Under the pieces are notes generated by a model. It ran no database searches. It worked only from the letters and a program-made list of their open reading frames with translations, and was not told where the DNA came from. Below are positions 35,009-48,044 of a stretch of 64,000 nt of DNA, one piece after another (position 1 is the stretch's first letter; each line of letters begins with the position of its first letter). Made by a program: the position numbers and the translations under genes. Source of the stretch: Mobula hypostoma (lineage: Eukaryota); assembly GCF_963921235.1 (NCBI RefSeq), contig NC_086109.1, positions 26,848,001 to 26,912,000 of the forward strand, given 5' to 3'.

Positions 35009-37570
35009 GTAAGGAAAATGATCCAGTAATGGTTATCAGAAGCTCCGTAGGTCTTAGCAATCAAAGGATACTTCACATTTCACATCTGAAAGACCATCCA
35101 CCTGAGGTCTTTAGAAATGTTTCCATAAGAACTGTTGAACATATGGGTATCATTATGTTGTTACATTTCTGTTTGGAATAATGCTTAAAGTGTGGCACAT
35201 GTTCACTAAAATTCTCTAGTATTGAATTTCAATAAATGACTGACTTGAAGAATCATGGAATTATACAGCAAGGAAACAGGTCCTTCAGCCAATCTAGTCC
35301 ACACCAACCATCAACCACCAATTTACAATAATCCCATTCTCTTGAAGAATGTTCTATAAACTCCCAAGTGTCCAATCTAGTTGGTTACGGCTCCCCTTGA
35401 CTGGTGAGATGCCTTAATTCCAAAGAATAATATTGCATTATGTTTAGCTTAAATACTTGAAAAGGAAAGATGTTTTTGTACTGAATAATGTAAATGTTAA
35501 GCACGTACATTTATCTTTTCATCATTGGTTGGAAAGCAATCATGTATGATTAATGCTTTATTTGCTCGATGAAATTGATCTGAGTGCCTTCTTTTGCTTG
35601 TTTTGGTTCCTGTTGTTTACAGATTGGAGGCAGTGCAGAGAATTTTCATTAGATTAATTCCAGATATGAAATAATTGCATAATGTGGAAAGCTTCAGCTG
35701 ATTAACTGGAGTTTAGTAGAATGAGACGTAGCTCACCGAAATGGACAACAGTGAATTCTCATTGACTGCTTTCTTTTAACGTGGGGCTACAGAAGTGTGG
35801 GAATTGCCTTGGGGAAAAAGGATCACCCATTTACAATTGTAATGGGGAGGAATTTCTCTAGCAGTGCAGTGAAGAGATTGATTAATAGAAACAAAACTAA
35901 CTTTGTACTTCTAACTCTGATGAATATAAAATCTGGAACTTGAAAGTTCTGTTTTCATTCCTAATCCATTGCTGCTTATTAATGATAAATTCAAGAATTG
36001 CCTATCCACACTGATAGTTCTATATATCTTCCTAATCTAACATTTAATCATATTACCAGAATAAAAGGCAAATAAAAGATTTAAAAAGAACAACTCTTTC
36101 TTATCTTGTAGTTGATCTATTTTGGAACAGATTCATCAGAACTTTTTAATAATGCACTTAAATCTTTTACAGCGTAATGCAAATTCATGTAAAGTCGTTT
36201 AATGTTTCTTTTGATCGTCCATTTATGGGAACCTCAGAATGAAGTTGTTTCTAAGGATAAAATTGTGAATCACTAGTTACATTGCTGTAAACTGATGATT
36301 CAGTGCTTGTATTTGATGTAGCGCCACAGATTACAGTTACCATGCCACACCTTTAACGAGTTGCAATCCAGTGCAAATCTACAGAACTATAGGCAGTTTT
36401 GAGGCAAAATACACGCAGTACTCTTAAGTATATAGAAATACATTACAAAATGACCGTGACAGTAACTTTCTCTAGTACCCAAGTAGAAACTGATTCCATT
36501 CAAAGTCACCTCAAACCTTATGCTTTTATTACCAGTTAAGCAGTAATACTTAATGCACTGCTGGAATATCTTTTTATATTGTAATCTTCCGCTGAAGTAC
36601 ATTTGTAGAAATGAAACCAGTGGTATATATTTTCAGGAAAAGGTGAATGGATGAGATCAGAATCAGAACCAGTGTTATTATCACTGATATTGGTGTGAAA
36701 TCTGTTCCTTTGTGGCAGCAGAACAGTTCAGGCACATAAACACATATGAATTACTAAACTAACTAGCACCAACATAGGATTAATGAGGTAGTGTTCATAG
36801 AACCATTCAGAAATTTGATAGCGGAGGGAAAATAAGCTGTTCCGAGAATCACTGAGTGTGGGTCTTCAGAGTCCTGTACCACCATCTTGATGGTAATAAC
36901 ACGAAGCATGCATGTCCTGGATGATGAGCATCCTTAGTGATGGATCCCAGCTTTGTGAGGCACCACCTCTTGAATATGTCCCTCCTTGTTGGGGTGAGGA
37001 TTATGCCCATGATGGAACTGGCTCTTAAAAAATGATTGCTGAGAACACAAGAAGATAGGAGTTGGAGTAAGCCACTCAGCCCTCGAGTCTGCCCTGCCAT
37101 TCTGCCTGATCACGGCTGATTTCTGCTGGTCCCAGCTCCCTTTCTGTGTCAGTTCCCCACAGTCCTCCATTCCTCAGTATGACTCAGAAATTATTTTCAT
37201 AATTATAGAAGGCTTTACTGGGGTTGACATTGAGAGATTGTCAGAAAGAGCACAGCTGGAAGCTATCAATCATCTAGGAATCAAGCAGGGAATTCAGAAG
37301 AGCACTGAGAAAATGGAATTTATTGTTTTTCGGACTGAATAGCATGAATACATTTAGGTGGAGCATGGATTAGCATATGATGAAGAAGGGAATTGACAGT
37401 TGTACTGATGGAAGTGATTGGAAGGAGGAGGAGGCTTGCATGGGGTAATATAAATGCTTGACTCAATTATCGTAATTCCCTGATGTGTGTATTCCACGTA
37501 ATTCTATGTAGAATGAGCTTGTTGTTTCTAACTATGAAAGCAATCATGTAAAATCTCCAATAATTTCCAG

Positions 37571-37712
37571 GTTATTATGGAGAGGAATGTAAAGATGTCT
37601 GTTCCCTCAACCCTTGCGAACATCTCTCCGTTTGTAGCCGAAAGCCCAGTTCTTCACATGGCTACACTTGTGACTGCACGGCAAATTACTTTGGGCAGTA
37701 CTGCGAAACCAA
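37571..37712 (+). CDS. CELSR2: CELSR2-like exon E (EGF-like), phase 1 to 2
   Basis: tttccag|GT TAT TAT GGA...GAA ACC AA|gtaagc; GYYGEECKDVCSLNPCEHLSVCSRKPSSSHGYTCDCTANYFGQYCET. Confidence 0.95.
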
Positions 37713-38667
37713 GTAAGCAGTGTCTAAGTTACATTGTTGTCTTAGCTGGACTCTTAAACTCCAGGTGTCTATTTAACATCGGCATCTTGTTTTGAATGTA
37801 ATTAATTACATTATCAAATATTTTTGTTTTAAAGGCTTTACATTTTAGTGGTGACTGGTGGGTGGACCTTTAGGATAGATACATTTCCGAAGTAAGCTTA
37901 TGATGCTTCTAAAGTCTCCTGTATCATCAGAAATTCCAGAAAAACAGACTAAAAATCTTGAAGTATTTTCTATCAACCTGTTTAGCTAAGATGCAATCCA
38001 ATTTTCTATTTATGATCCATAAATCGATATCCACCCACTCAGGGAATGAAGGGGCAGCAGAACAGCTTTCTCTAGCTCTTTGCTTGTGGTGCTCTCAACC
38101 GGGCTGCTGTGTGAAGAATTACTGCAGAGACCCATCTTTCCTTGAAGGCTGGGCTGTGAATGATGTCCCAGGTTAACACAGGGAAGAGAGAAAGAAGACA
38201 TGAATACCAATTTCAGAAGGCGAAGCCTGTCTAAGGCTCCCACCTCCTACCATTACTTAGTGTGATGGCTTAGTAGTTTAATTTCGGGACTAAAGATCCA
38301 AAAACATGAATTCACAGCGACTGTTAAATTTAGTAACTAAGTATGTCTGGCATTATTTATAAAAGCCAGTATCAGTAATGTTGAGGACAGTGATATTGGA
38401 AACCTGTCTGAGTTACAAATGCCTTTTAATCTGCTTTCCTTACCACTCCCGGTCTTTGTTGAACTTTGTGCTGTCAGTAGCAATCCACTCATTTGTACCT
38501 TTATCATATAGACTGGTTTATGCTGGGCATTTAGAAATGGATATTAAGTACTGGTTTTGACTCTGAGGCCCAATCCTATTGGAATTAAACACTTCTGATA
38601 ATCTTGTATCACAGAGCATATAACTGAATGGAATATACTGGACCTAATTTTAATAGGTTTCAATAGG

Positions 38668-39475
38668 TACGTTTAATGTCAGAGAAATGTATACAATATA
38701 CATCCTGAAATTCTTTTTCTTTGTAAACATCCACGAAAACACAGGAGTACCCCAAAAATGAATGACAGTTAAACGTTAGAACGCCAAAGCCCCCCCCCCA
38801 GCTTACCGTTGCACGCGCAAGCAGCAGCAAGGCAACGATGCCCACCCCCCACCAGCAAAATGCTTCAGCGCCCTCTACCAAGCACTCAACCATGCACCAA
38901 ACATCAATAAAGATGCTGACTTGCAGTACCCCAAAGACTATTCGTTCACCCCGTAATTCAACATACCACAGGCTCACTCTCTCTCTCTCCCCCGGTAAGG
39001 GAAAAAGAGGCATCCCCATTTCACAGCGAGAGAGGAGACATAACAAACAACTTGCTGACTTATGGTGTTACAAGTCTGTTGCTTTGCTTTTTCCGAGCTC
39101 TGCGCCCAGAGAGTTGGCCCCGGAAAGGTGCAGATCTCTGGACCCACAACCCACTGCTCCCAATGTTGCGTGTTCTCCCGCAAAGCCTCAGTCGGGGGCA
39201 CTGGCCTAGAATCAGCTCACCTCCAGACTCACGACAATCCAGAACCCTGAAGGTGTGCTAGTCTTCCAGGCCACATCCTTAGGATATCAAAAAGCGGTCG
39301 TGAGTCCTTGAGAACGGGTCCCATTCCTACAAAGAACTAATGTCAGAGTATAAATCCAGGTCAAGGTCTTCTAAAGAACTTTGAAAAAGAAAAAAAAAAG
39401 ATAGCAAAGATAGAAATAGAGCTATTTCCAAAAATACAAACAGAGGAGTCACCATTTAGCACCATCTTGACTTTG
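38668..39475 (-). mobile_element. Non-autonomous LINE-derived repeat; a related partial copy lies at about 40425-40800
   Basis: Shares the tail CAGAGAAATGTATACAATAT...TTCTT...CATCCAC with the 40435 copy; head CAAGATGG on the minus strand; family not determined. Confidence 0.55.
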
Positions 39476-39652
39476 CTCCACCTATCTGAGTCTGTACTTC
39501 TGTAGTTATAAAAAAAAATTAAGAATATCCAGTCTCATAGCTGGGGTGTTCTTCACGCAGACATTCTTAATGGGAGATCACTTTTGTTTCTATTGCAAAT
39601 ATCAGCAGTCGGATTATTGGGCAACTCAGAGATTTCAATGTTTTACTTGTAG

Positions 39653-39773
39653 GATTGATCAGCCCTGCCCTCGAGGATGGTGGGGGCATCCTATGTGCGG
39701 ACCTTGCAGCTGTGATGTAAGGAATGGGTTCGACGCTGACTGTAACAAAACCTCTGGGGAATGCAGATGTAAG
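39653..39773 (+). CDS. CELSR2: CELSR2-like exon F (EGF/EGF-laminin), phase 2 to 0
   Basis: cttgtag|G ATT GAT CAG...TGT AAG|gtgagg; IDQPCPRGWWGHPMCGPCSCDVRNGFDADCNKTSGECRCK. Confidence 0.95.
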
Positions 39774-40909
39774 GTGAGGACTGAGTAATCCAGGGCTGTC
39801 TACGGTCATCAGTTTCAAGGTCATCGCAGCTGAAGACTTCAGTAACTTGAGCTGTTCCAGGTTAAAGTTAAGTTACATATTCTCCTCCAGACCAAATGCT
39901 GTCCCCCACATTAAGCTAAGTGTTTGCAATTAGCTGCCTGTTTTTGCGTAATGCAAATCTATGAAGTGCTGACTATCCTTGCGCGATACACATGAGGTCT
40001 GGTCTGTGAAACACGCTCACACCGGCCTCTCTGCAGGAGCAAACCTTTGATGAGGTCCTCTTCAGTATAACTTGCAGGGGTGCAGGAGGTGGAGCTTCCT
40101 GAGCAAGCTTGTGGAATATGGTGCCAGACAGAGCCTGCGGCAGGTTAGTGTGTAGTCTTATCCAATGTTCTGGCATGCTTTTGGGCCACACACAGCTACA
40201 GGCCCCCCCCCCCACCCCAGAACCTATTTAGAACTCAAAACCTCATTATGACCTCATCTTGAATAGGCAGCCCTACTACTCATGCACCAATGTTTAAAGT
40301 TTCATCAATACCTATTTGATGCTCTAACTTCCCTACACATGTCTCTGTCTTTAACAATAAGTGATCCAGATCCAAGAGCAAACATTTTGTTCTCTGCCTG
40401 CCCCTCAATGCATTTCAATAATTCAGTAGTTCCATTTATTTGACAGAGAATGTATACAATATAGATCCCGAAATTCTTGTTCTTCACAGACATCCACAAA
40501 AACAGAAAGGTGCCACAAAGAATGAGTGACAGCAAAAATGTTAGAACAACAAAGCTCCCTTACTTCCTCCCTCCCATGCATAAGCAGCAACAAAGCATCG
40601 ACCTTATCCCTCCCCCCTTACTTCAGCAAAAAAACATCAGTTCCCTCCACCCACCAAGCAAGCAATAGCAAAGCCCCCAAGAAAGACCACCATCTGCAGT
40701 AGAACAAAACAAATCATTCATCTGACAGTTCGACGTAGTAAAGGGGCAGAGAGGTGACACATAGTAAGAGGGGAGACAAAAAAAACGCTCACTGATTTAC
40801 AGTGTACTCTCTCTGAAATATTAAACATGCCATTTACAAGAAGCAAAAACTTCCAGCATTAGTGTAGTAATTTAGTATGGCTAATTCCAATAAAGGGAGG
40901 ATATGTAGG

Positions 40910-41786
40910 TATAATGACCTGGGTAAGGTTTCCACTGCTATGCTGTGAGGTATTTTTATTTTAGTGGTTTTCTGCAAAAGCAGTGTGTTCTGCTGCGCTG
41001 GTAAGAGTATTTTGGCTTTGGCTAAAGATATGGAGCCCTGTTACCCAAATTAGGAATGTTGTGTCAGTCAATCAGGATTGTCTGGTTATGCGTTATAACT
41101 TTCTGCCCAGTGGGATGCTGGAGAAGATTCTGGAGAGCTGGGCAGGATGAGATTTCTGAAGGACAGTAGTCTGGTTTGGAGTTTTTTGGTGGGAGCTACA
41201 GAGCGGGGCACAAGGGAAGATGTCCACTGAATGCCATATGACAGAGAGACCCCATTGTAAGAACTGCTTTGTACAGAGGAATGGCTCCAAAGAGGAAGTG
41301 CCAATACTTCTGAATTGGTCAGTTCGTTCGAGATGGTCCTTGAGGGAAGTTGAAACTGTGACTGGTGTCTTTCACACAGAACGTGGGTTCAGCACGAGTA
41401 AAGCGATGCACCTGAAACTTCAGAAATGAGCTCCAATGTTTATGTGCACATTGGACTTGCTTAACTGTAAAGGGCCCTTTTATTTTCTCTTTCTTTTCTT
41501 TTCCTGTTGAAAATTGGTAAATATACTCTTTTTATAATTTTCTGCTGGTGTGCGATATGTTGTTTCTTGGTGACCGATAAATGTGTGTGAGTAGTATTTA
41601 CACAGCATTCGCTACAATCAATGTTCCTCAATTGGAACATCATAACTTTCCTGTTTGGGGGAGCCCCAAATCATACCAACCCTAGACATATATTGCATAT
41701 GGAAGGTGGTCTTCTCACCACTGAGTCTCATGAGTTAGTTAGCTAACGAGCCACGTTTGCATACAAGCCCTGGTGAGAGGGTTGCA
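40910..41786. mobile_element. Possible decayed solo LTR (Gypsy-like)
   Basis: Degenerate termini TATAATGACC...GGGTTGCA (compare TGTAAC...GTTACA) and a near-TSD TAGG/TATG. Confidence 0.35.
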
Positions 41787-42173
41787 TATGTCTTCATGTT
41801 ATCAATTTAGCCAACTTTCTTAGTCCATTTTCTTTACGTGGGGAATTAGAACACTGTTTCCTCACCTGATCATCAGGTTCAGTTATCAGGTGGAATATCC
41901 CCATCATAAAGAGGGAATTCTTGGAAGCTTTTCTAAATCCAAGATGGCTAAATCAGCAGATTACTTAACAATGGTGTTTTGCAGAGACCATCTGAGTAGC
42001 TTTATGTACTAATCCATTGGAATTGGCGACTGTTACCACTCACCATGAATGGTCAGCTTTAAAATATCGAAAATGAAGATGAGGGTCGGGGTGATACAGA
42101 AAACAAATCTATTTTCTATGTTGGTGTGTTCTTTGGCCTCCTATGAAGTAATAATATATCTTTTTTTATTTAG

Positions 42174-42357
42174 GATAACTATTACTGGCCTCCTGGAACC
42201 AATGCTTGCCTCCCTTGTGACTGCTACTCCGTTGGTTCACTGTCTCGCTCATGTGATATGGAGACAGGACAGTGCCAGTGTAAACCTGGTGTGATTGGAC
42301 GACAGTGTGACCGCTGCGACAATCCTTTTGCAGAGGTTTTCACCAACGGTTGCGAAG
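42174..42357 (+). CDS. CELSR2: CELSR2-like exon G (laminin-type EGF), phase 0 to 1
   Basis: tatttag|GAT AAC TAT...TGC GAA G|gtgcgt; DNYYWPPGTNACLPCDCYSVGSLSRSCDMETGQCQCKPGVIGRQCDRCDNPFAEVFTNGCE. Confidence 0.95.
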
Positions 42358-43031
42358 GTGCGTTTATGGGTGGCTAGATGATGAAATTTGATTTTGAAAT
42401 TAGTGGTGAACGTTGCATATGGAAACTTGCACTGACTTGCTGAGTTATAATCACGGGCTAAAAAATACGTATTTGTGTAAGTCTGACCAGGAATCTCTCT
42501 CACTTTCTCAGCTTGCATGCTTAATCCCATATGAAAAAAAAGATGATACTTGCTATCAGTTTTATGGAACAGAAACAGATGAGTGTTTTCTTTTTAGAGG
42601 ACCAAATTCAATATGAACCTGTCTGGATTTTGTAATCACCTGCAAACAATTACATCAGCTGTTTATTGTGTTTACTGTGATTGGAAAGCCACTTTGGTCC
42701 AACTCTCCGTGCCAAAGCAAGGAGCATATTTTCTAAACCAGACAAAATGTAGTATCTTTATTAAGTAGCACAGAGACTGAGCCAGGTCATATAAGTGTGA
42801 AGATTTAATTTAACAGTGCTTCCTACATTACAGCATTGACAATCAATCCTCATGTCATTGCAGCACAGAAGAAGGCAATTCACTTCTCAGTTATAGAAAA
42901 TTATTTCATATCATTCCCTGGCTTAGATCCTGTAATCCTGTAATTTTTCCCTCTTAAGTTTCTATTCAGCATCACTTTGAAAGCAGTGCTTGGATTTGTT
43001 TCACCAGTTTTTCAGCATTGACTAATGTCGT

Positions 43032-44055
43032 AGTCATAGAGTTGCTCCATAGAGAAACAGGCCCTTCAGCCTGTCTCATCTATGCCAACCATCATGTCTG
43101 TCTATGATAATCCCATTTGGCTGCATTCAATACCCCTTTATGCCCTACTCATTCAAGTGCCTTTAAATGTTTCTTTTCCTGGCTCTGTCACCTTGTTTGG
43201 AGCTCATTCCAGATATCAACTACTTGCTGTGTGAAGAATTTATCACTCAATTTCCTTCTAAACCTCCCCTAGTTCACCTTAAATCTGTGCCCTCTAGTTT
43301 TAAACATGAGAAACAGATACTGTCTAACTTATTATAATTTTATTACCTGTATTATATCACCCCTCAGCTTCCCTTACTATCCCAGATTATCTAATCTCTC
43401 CTAATAAACCAATCCCTCCAATCCAGGTAACATTCTTGTGAATCTCTTCTGCACCCTCTACAGTTTAATCCCACCCTTCCTGCACGTGATGAACAGAGTT
43501 TTGAAACAAAACTCCCAAGTGCGATTTGTACAAGTGCAACATAGTGTCTCGGCTCTTGCAGTACACTCAATGTCTGGGCCAATGAAATCAAGGGAATCGG
43601 ACACCTTCTTCACCACTCTATCCACCCATCTCCCATTTTGAGGAAAGCATGTACAAGGTCAGGCCAGCTGGTGGTGTAGTGGCGTCAGCGCTGGACCTCA
43701 AGGCAGATGGTCCTGAGTTCAAACCTGGGCAGCAGCAGTATCTGCGCAGAAGAAAGGCCTGGCAATCTATTTCCGTAACTTTGCCATGAAAAGCCTATGG
43801 ACCCGATGGTCCATGAGGTCACGAAGAGTCGGAGTCAACTTAACGACTGAACAACAACAACATGTACAAGGTCTCTCTGTTCAACAGCATTCCCCATCTC
43901 CCTATCATTCACAGTGTTTGCCCTGCCTTAGTTTAACTTCTCAAAATGCACCACGTGGCACTTATCTACATTAAATTCCATCTGCTGCTCCCTTCCCTAC
44001 TTTTCCAGTTGATCTAGATCCTTTCATAACCTTAGGCAAATTTCTTCACTATCCA
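43032..44055 (-). mobile_element. Decayed antisense CR1 fragment interrupted by a SINE
   Basis: CR1-type 3' UTR and ORF2 remnants on the minus strand; sequence is continuous across the SINE TSD. Confidence 0.7.
43661..43860 (+). mobile_element. tRNA-head SINE with an RTE/Bov-A-like tail
   Basis: A and B boxes; tail GTCCATGAGGTCACGAAGAGTCGG...ACGACTGAACAACAACAA; exact 13-bp TSD CATGTACAAGGTC at 43648-60 and 43861-73. Confidence 0.85.
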
Positions 44056-44134
44056 CTATGCCATCAATTTCACTGTATAAACAGACTTTTATACTTGGCA
44101 TTGCTGGTATCTTTGCCATCTACTTTAAATGTAA

Positions 44135-44478
44135 ACAACACACGTCAAAGTTGCTGGTGAATGCAGCAGGCCAGGCGGCATCTCTAGGAAGAGGTACAGT
44201 CGACGTTTCGGGCCGAGACCCTTCATCAGGACTAACTGAAGGAAGAGCTCGTAAGAGATTTGAAAGGGGGAGGGGGAGATCCAAAATGATAGGAGAAGAC
44301 AGGAGGGGGAGGGAATGGAGCCAAGAGATAGCGAGTCTGAGTCAAAATGTGGTCGAAAAGTTGAAGAGCCGAAGAAATTACAGATGGGGAGCAACGAGAG
44401 ATGGTTTCACTGAACTCCTGTCAAAGAGAAGATTTAAACTTCTTCAGTGTAGGCATCACCAGAAAATCACTGATGCAG
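44135..44478 (-). mobile_element. Penelope-derived short element with an intact hammerhead motif (44198-44233)
   Basis: 44135-44328 is the reverse complement of the Penelope 3' end; the minus strand reads AGTC-CTGATGA-AGGGTCTCGGCCC-GAAAC-GTC-GACT. Confidence 0.75.
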
Positions 44479-44991
44479 TCCAACCTGGTAATGAACAACT
44501 TCTGGTACAAAGTACTGAAAAGGGGAAAAAAAACATTTCATACTGAATTTTCAAAGCATTGTCTTTTCAAATATGTTATGAGATAAAGCATATTCATGCA
44601 ATTTAAGTGCATGTTTAACAGATATGCTCAACAATTTTCACTGAATATGCTTAGAACATTTTAGTGAAAACTGTATTGAAAAGCTTATGTGTGTTAAGAA
44701 TGAACTCAAAATCTTGATCCATATTTGTTTAAAATGTGGAAGAGTCACAGTGTACTTTTCTCTGACTCTGACTAACACAATAAGGCACCTGCAAAACAAT
44801 TGAGCTTAGTTTAGATTGACAGAAAGATTAACATTGAAGTGGTGGGCAGAAGGAATCATTTCAGTGCATAACTCTATGACTAAAATACTGATTCAGGTTA
44901 TACACATTTGTAGAGGGATAATTGATGTAATAGGGAAAAATGTATTGGTTTATCATGTTCTGAATATTTCATCTGTTTATTTGCCTTTCAG

Positions 44992-45093
44992 TGATTTATG
45001 ACAGTTGCCCACGAGCCATGGAGTCTGGGATTTGGTGGCCCAGAACCAAGTTTGGTTTGCCTGCTGCTGTGCCTTGCCCCAAAGGATCAATGG
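44992..45093 (+). CDS. CELSR2: CELSR2-like exon H (hormone-receptor domain), phase 1 to 1
   Basis: cctttcag|TG ATT TAT GAC...TCA ATG G|gtaatg; VIYDSCPRAMESGIWWPRTKFGLPAAVPCPKGSM. Confidence 0.95.
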
Positions 45094-47041
45094 GTAATGT
45101 TGTCATTACAATTTCATGTGTTTTCAAAGTAATTACTTGGTCATCACTGAGAATGATTTAATGTATTTCCACCGTTGACACAGTTTAATGATGTAGTCTA
45201 ATGTATCATGGGGTGACCAATAGTTTTCGTTTTTAAACTGAGATATTTTCTCAATTGACAGAGTATCTTTCCAGCAGAGAAAGATGCCTTTCAGCCCATC
45301 GAGTCCTTAAAGAAGAAACAAAGTGACTTGAAAATTCCATTGAGTGGCATACTTTTATTTGTTGTGCTAAGTGTGATTGGGTGCTTTGCATATCAACAGC
45401 ATATTTCCCAATATTAGTCAAAAAGATGTGCAGACATACTGAATCATTGAGTGACATCAAATGGTGTGCAGTGTTCATCGTGTTGTCCATTGTGCAGAAT
45501 TATACCACTCAGACAGGCCCCTGAGCAACACAGCCTTGCAGCTAATCTTATAGAGAAGTGGCTTTGTCCCCTTTTTCACTAGGTGCTTACTAACAGTTTT
45601 GGTCATAGATCTGTTACTCAAGTCCCAAGGGTCTAATCGTGACTAAATTAGCATCGCACAAAGAAAAGCCATTCCCTTGTGTGCTTGGACAGAGTAGCAC
45701 AGTGATGTGGCTGGTAGATCCACAAACTCACTGTGCCAAAGACCAAAGTAAAATGCTGACTTTAGACTTGTGGAGTTCAAATGTCCTCTCTGTGACTGCA
45801 TGGGTTTCCTCCCACAACTCAAAGACGTGCAGTTTGGTAGAGTAATTGGTCCGTGAACTGCTCCAAGTATGTGGGCAAATAGTAGCATCAGTGGAGCTGG
45901 TGAGAATGTGGGGAGAATGAAAGTTTGGATTCATGTATGTGGTTCATTCTTGGCATGGACTTGAATGGGCTGAGGGGCTTGTTTCCTTGCTGAATCTCTC
46001 TATGATTCTAAACCTAGGGTCCAGGATCAGAGAGAGAGGGAGAGTGGGGTGGCTGCACTAGGGGCAGACAGTGACTTGGAGGCAGGGAGCCAGTCCTGTA
46101 TTGCAAGGGATTTCAGTTGGTGGTGAAGCATGAGAATGGGGAGTTATTGGCCTGAGGGTTGACACTGCAGAATGGTCAGTGAGTGAGTGTGGAGGTTGAG
46201 ACATGTGTTTGGGCCCAGGAGAAGGAATCAGATGATCAGTGCATGAGCAATGGATTGGGGTGGGTTCACATGATGAGGGTTTGGGAAGGGTGGAGAAGAT
46301 ACGAATGTTAAGGGTTTGACCAGGTGATTGAGATCTGAGGATAAAGCACGATGGCCAAAGCCCAGAGTTTGGGAGATTGGCAGAGGGGTAAAAAGGGCTG
46401 AGGGATTGGTAGGCTGGTGGGGTTTGGTGAGGAGATCTTAAGGATAAGATGTGGGAAGAAAGACTGATCTGCGCTAGTACGATTGGTAACAGGATGTGTT
46501 GGTCAAATTTCTGGAGTGCCAGTATTAGATCAAGACACCAGCAAAATCACATTTTGTGTTAAAAATATAGGATTTTATGTGTGTGTCACTGGATCAATTG
46601 TGACTGAATTTAGTAACAATCATATTTTAGATATATTGATAGTGTTTCTTTCTTTTACTAAAGTGGATATGGGAACTTCTCATGAAAGGTCATTGACCTG
46701 AAGTATGAACTCTATTTCTCTTTCTGAAGATGCTGCCTGATTGACTGAGTATTCCTAGCATTTTCTGTTTTTATTTCATACTTCTAGCATCTGCAGTATT
46801 TTAGTTTCAGATTATAAGCATAAATTTAAAATCATAAACACTAATAATTAAGTTTAATTTAATGGAAAAAGGCAGATGTCTACTTAATATTTTGAAGAGG
46901 TGAAATGTCACTGAAATAAAGCAGTTTTTCTAAGTTATGTGGTAGGACTACTTAGTGCAATAATTATGATGATAGCCATGTACCTCTGTGCCAAAGTTTG
47001 CTTTGGGCAGACACTGAGATCCTGCATCATTTTCTCCATAG

Positions 47042-47136
47042 GAACAGGAATACGACACTGCGATGAACACAGAGGCTGGCTCCCTCCTGATCTTTTCAAC
47101 TGTACCACCAGCACCTTTGCAGAGCTGAAAACCTTT
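47042..47136 (+). CDS. CELSR2: CELSR2-like exon I (hormone-receptor domain), phase 1 to 0
   Basis: ctccatag|GA ACA GGA ATA CGA CAC...ACC TTT|gtaagt; GTGIRHCDEHRGWLPPDLFNCTTSTFAELKTF; RHCDEHRGWLPP is the CELSR2-type motif. Confidence 0.95.
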
Positions 47137-47834
47137 GTAAGTTTCATCTTAGAGAAATTGATTTGAAAGATTGACAATGTCAAGAAACTGCAGTTTCGTT
47201 TTTCTTTTTAATGGACAATAATGTTTATGTTTACACTTATGTGACATGTTCTGTGTAGTACTGCTCTGCAGAACTTTTTCCTTTTTGTGAAGCAAAGGAT
47301 CAGCTTCTAAAATTAGAGCCGTATCACCTCAAGAAGTGTTAAGTAGCAGCCTTGTTCTAAACTCGCATTTTGTTCTCTGGACTTCAAAAATTGGCTATAT
47401 GCCTAAAGCCATTCGTAAACACAAAATAATCTGCAGATGCTGGGGTCAAAGGTTCCGGCCCGAAACATCGACTCATCGTTTCCACAGATGCTGTCAGATT
47501 AGTGTTGGACCCCAAAGGGAAATTGCTGACTTTTATCCAGGTGATAATTACCTGATCTTTTTTCATTGTCTTGTATTTTTCATTGAAATTGAACAACCTA
47601 ACACACAAAAGATAGTTTCATGTGATGAAGGGTCTCAGCCCAAAATGTCAACTCTTTATTCTTTTCCTTAGATGCTGCCTGGCCTGCTGAGTTCCTCTAG
47701 CATTTTGCATGTGTTGTTTTGGATTTCCAGCATCTGCAGATTTTCTCATGTTCATATGATCCATTTTCTGGGCAATGCAATTGTGATCTTGCCAAATGGA
47801 TTTCTCATGTTCTTGTGGATTGCTTTCTGTGCAG

Positions 47835-48044
47835 GCTGGAAAACTGAAAAAGAATGAAACGTTGCTGGATGTGGGGAAGTCCAAGGAAATTGCCCTGTTA
47901 TTATGGAACGCTACTCAGCACACAACTGAATATTTTGGCAGTGATGTGAAGATAGCATATCATGTGACCTCAAAAATCTTGGAATTTGAGAACTCCCAAA
48001 GGGGATTTAACTTGGCTGCAACGCAGGATGTCCAGTTCACAGAG
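47835..48044 (+). CDS. CELSR2: CELSR2-like exon J (GAIN subdomain A), phase 0 to 0
   Basis: ctgtgcag|GCT GGA AAA...ACA GAG|gtaaga; ...LLWNATQHTTEYFGSDVKIAY...QRGFNLAATQDVQFTE. Confidence 0.95.

Noticed and set aside
28321..43740. tRNA-like A/B-box sequences at 28321, 31413 and 43661 as tRNA genes
   Set aside because: They continue into SINE bodies and are flanked by TSDs; I could not see a complete cloverleaf with a poly-T terminator.
46020..46460. G-rich, purine-skewed tract
   Set aside because: No periodicity, ORF or termini that I could define; probably a decayed low-complexity repeat.
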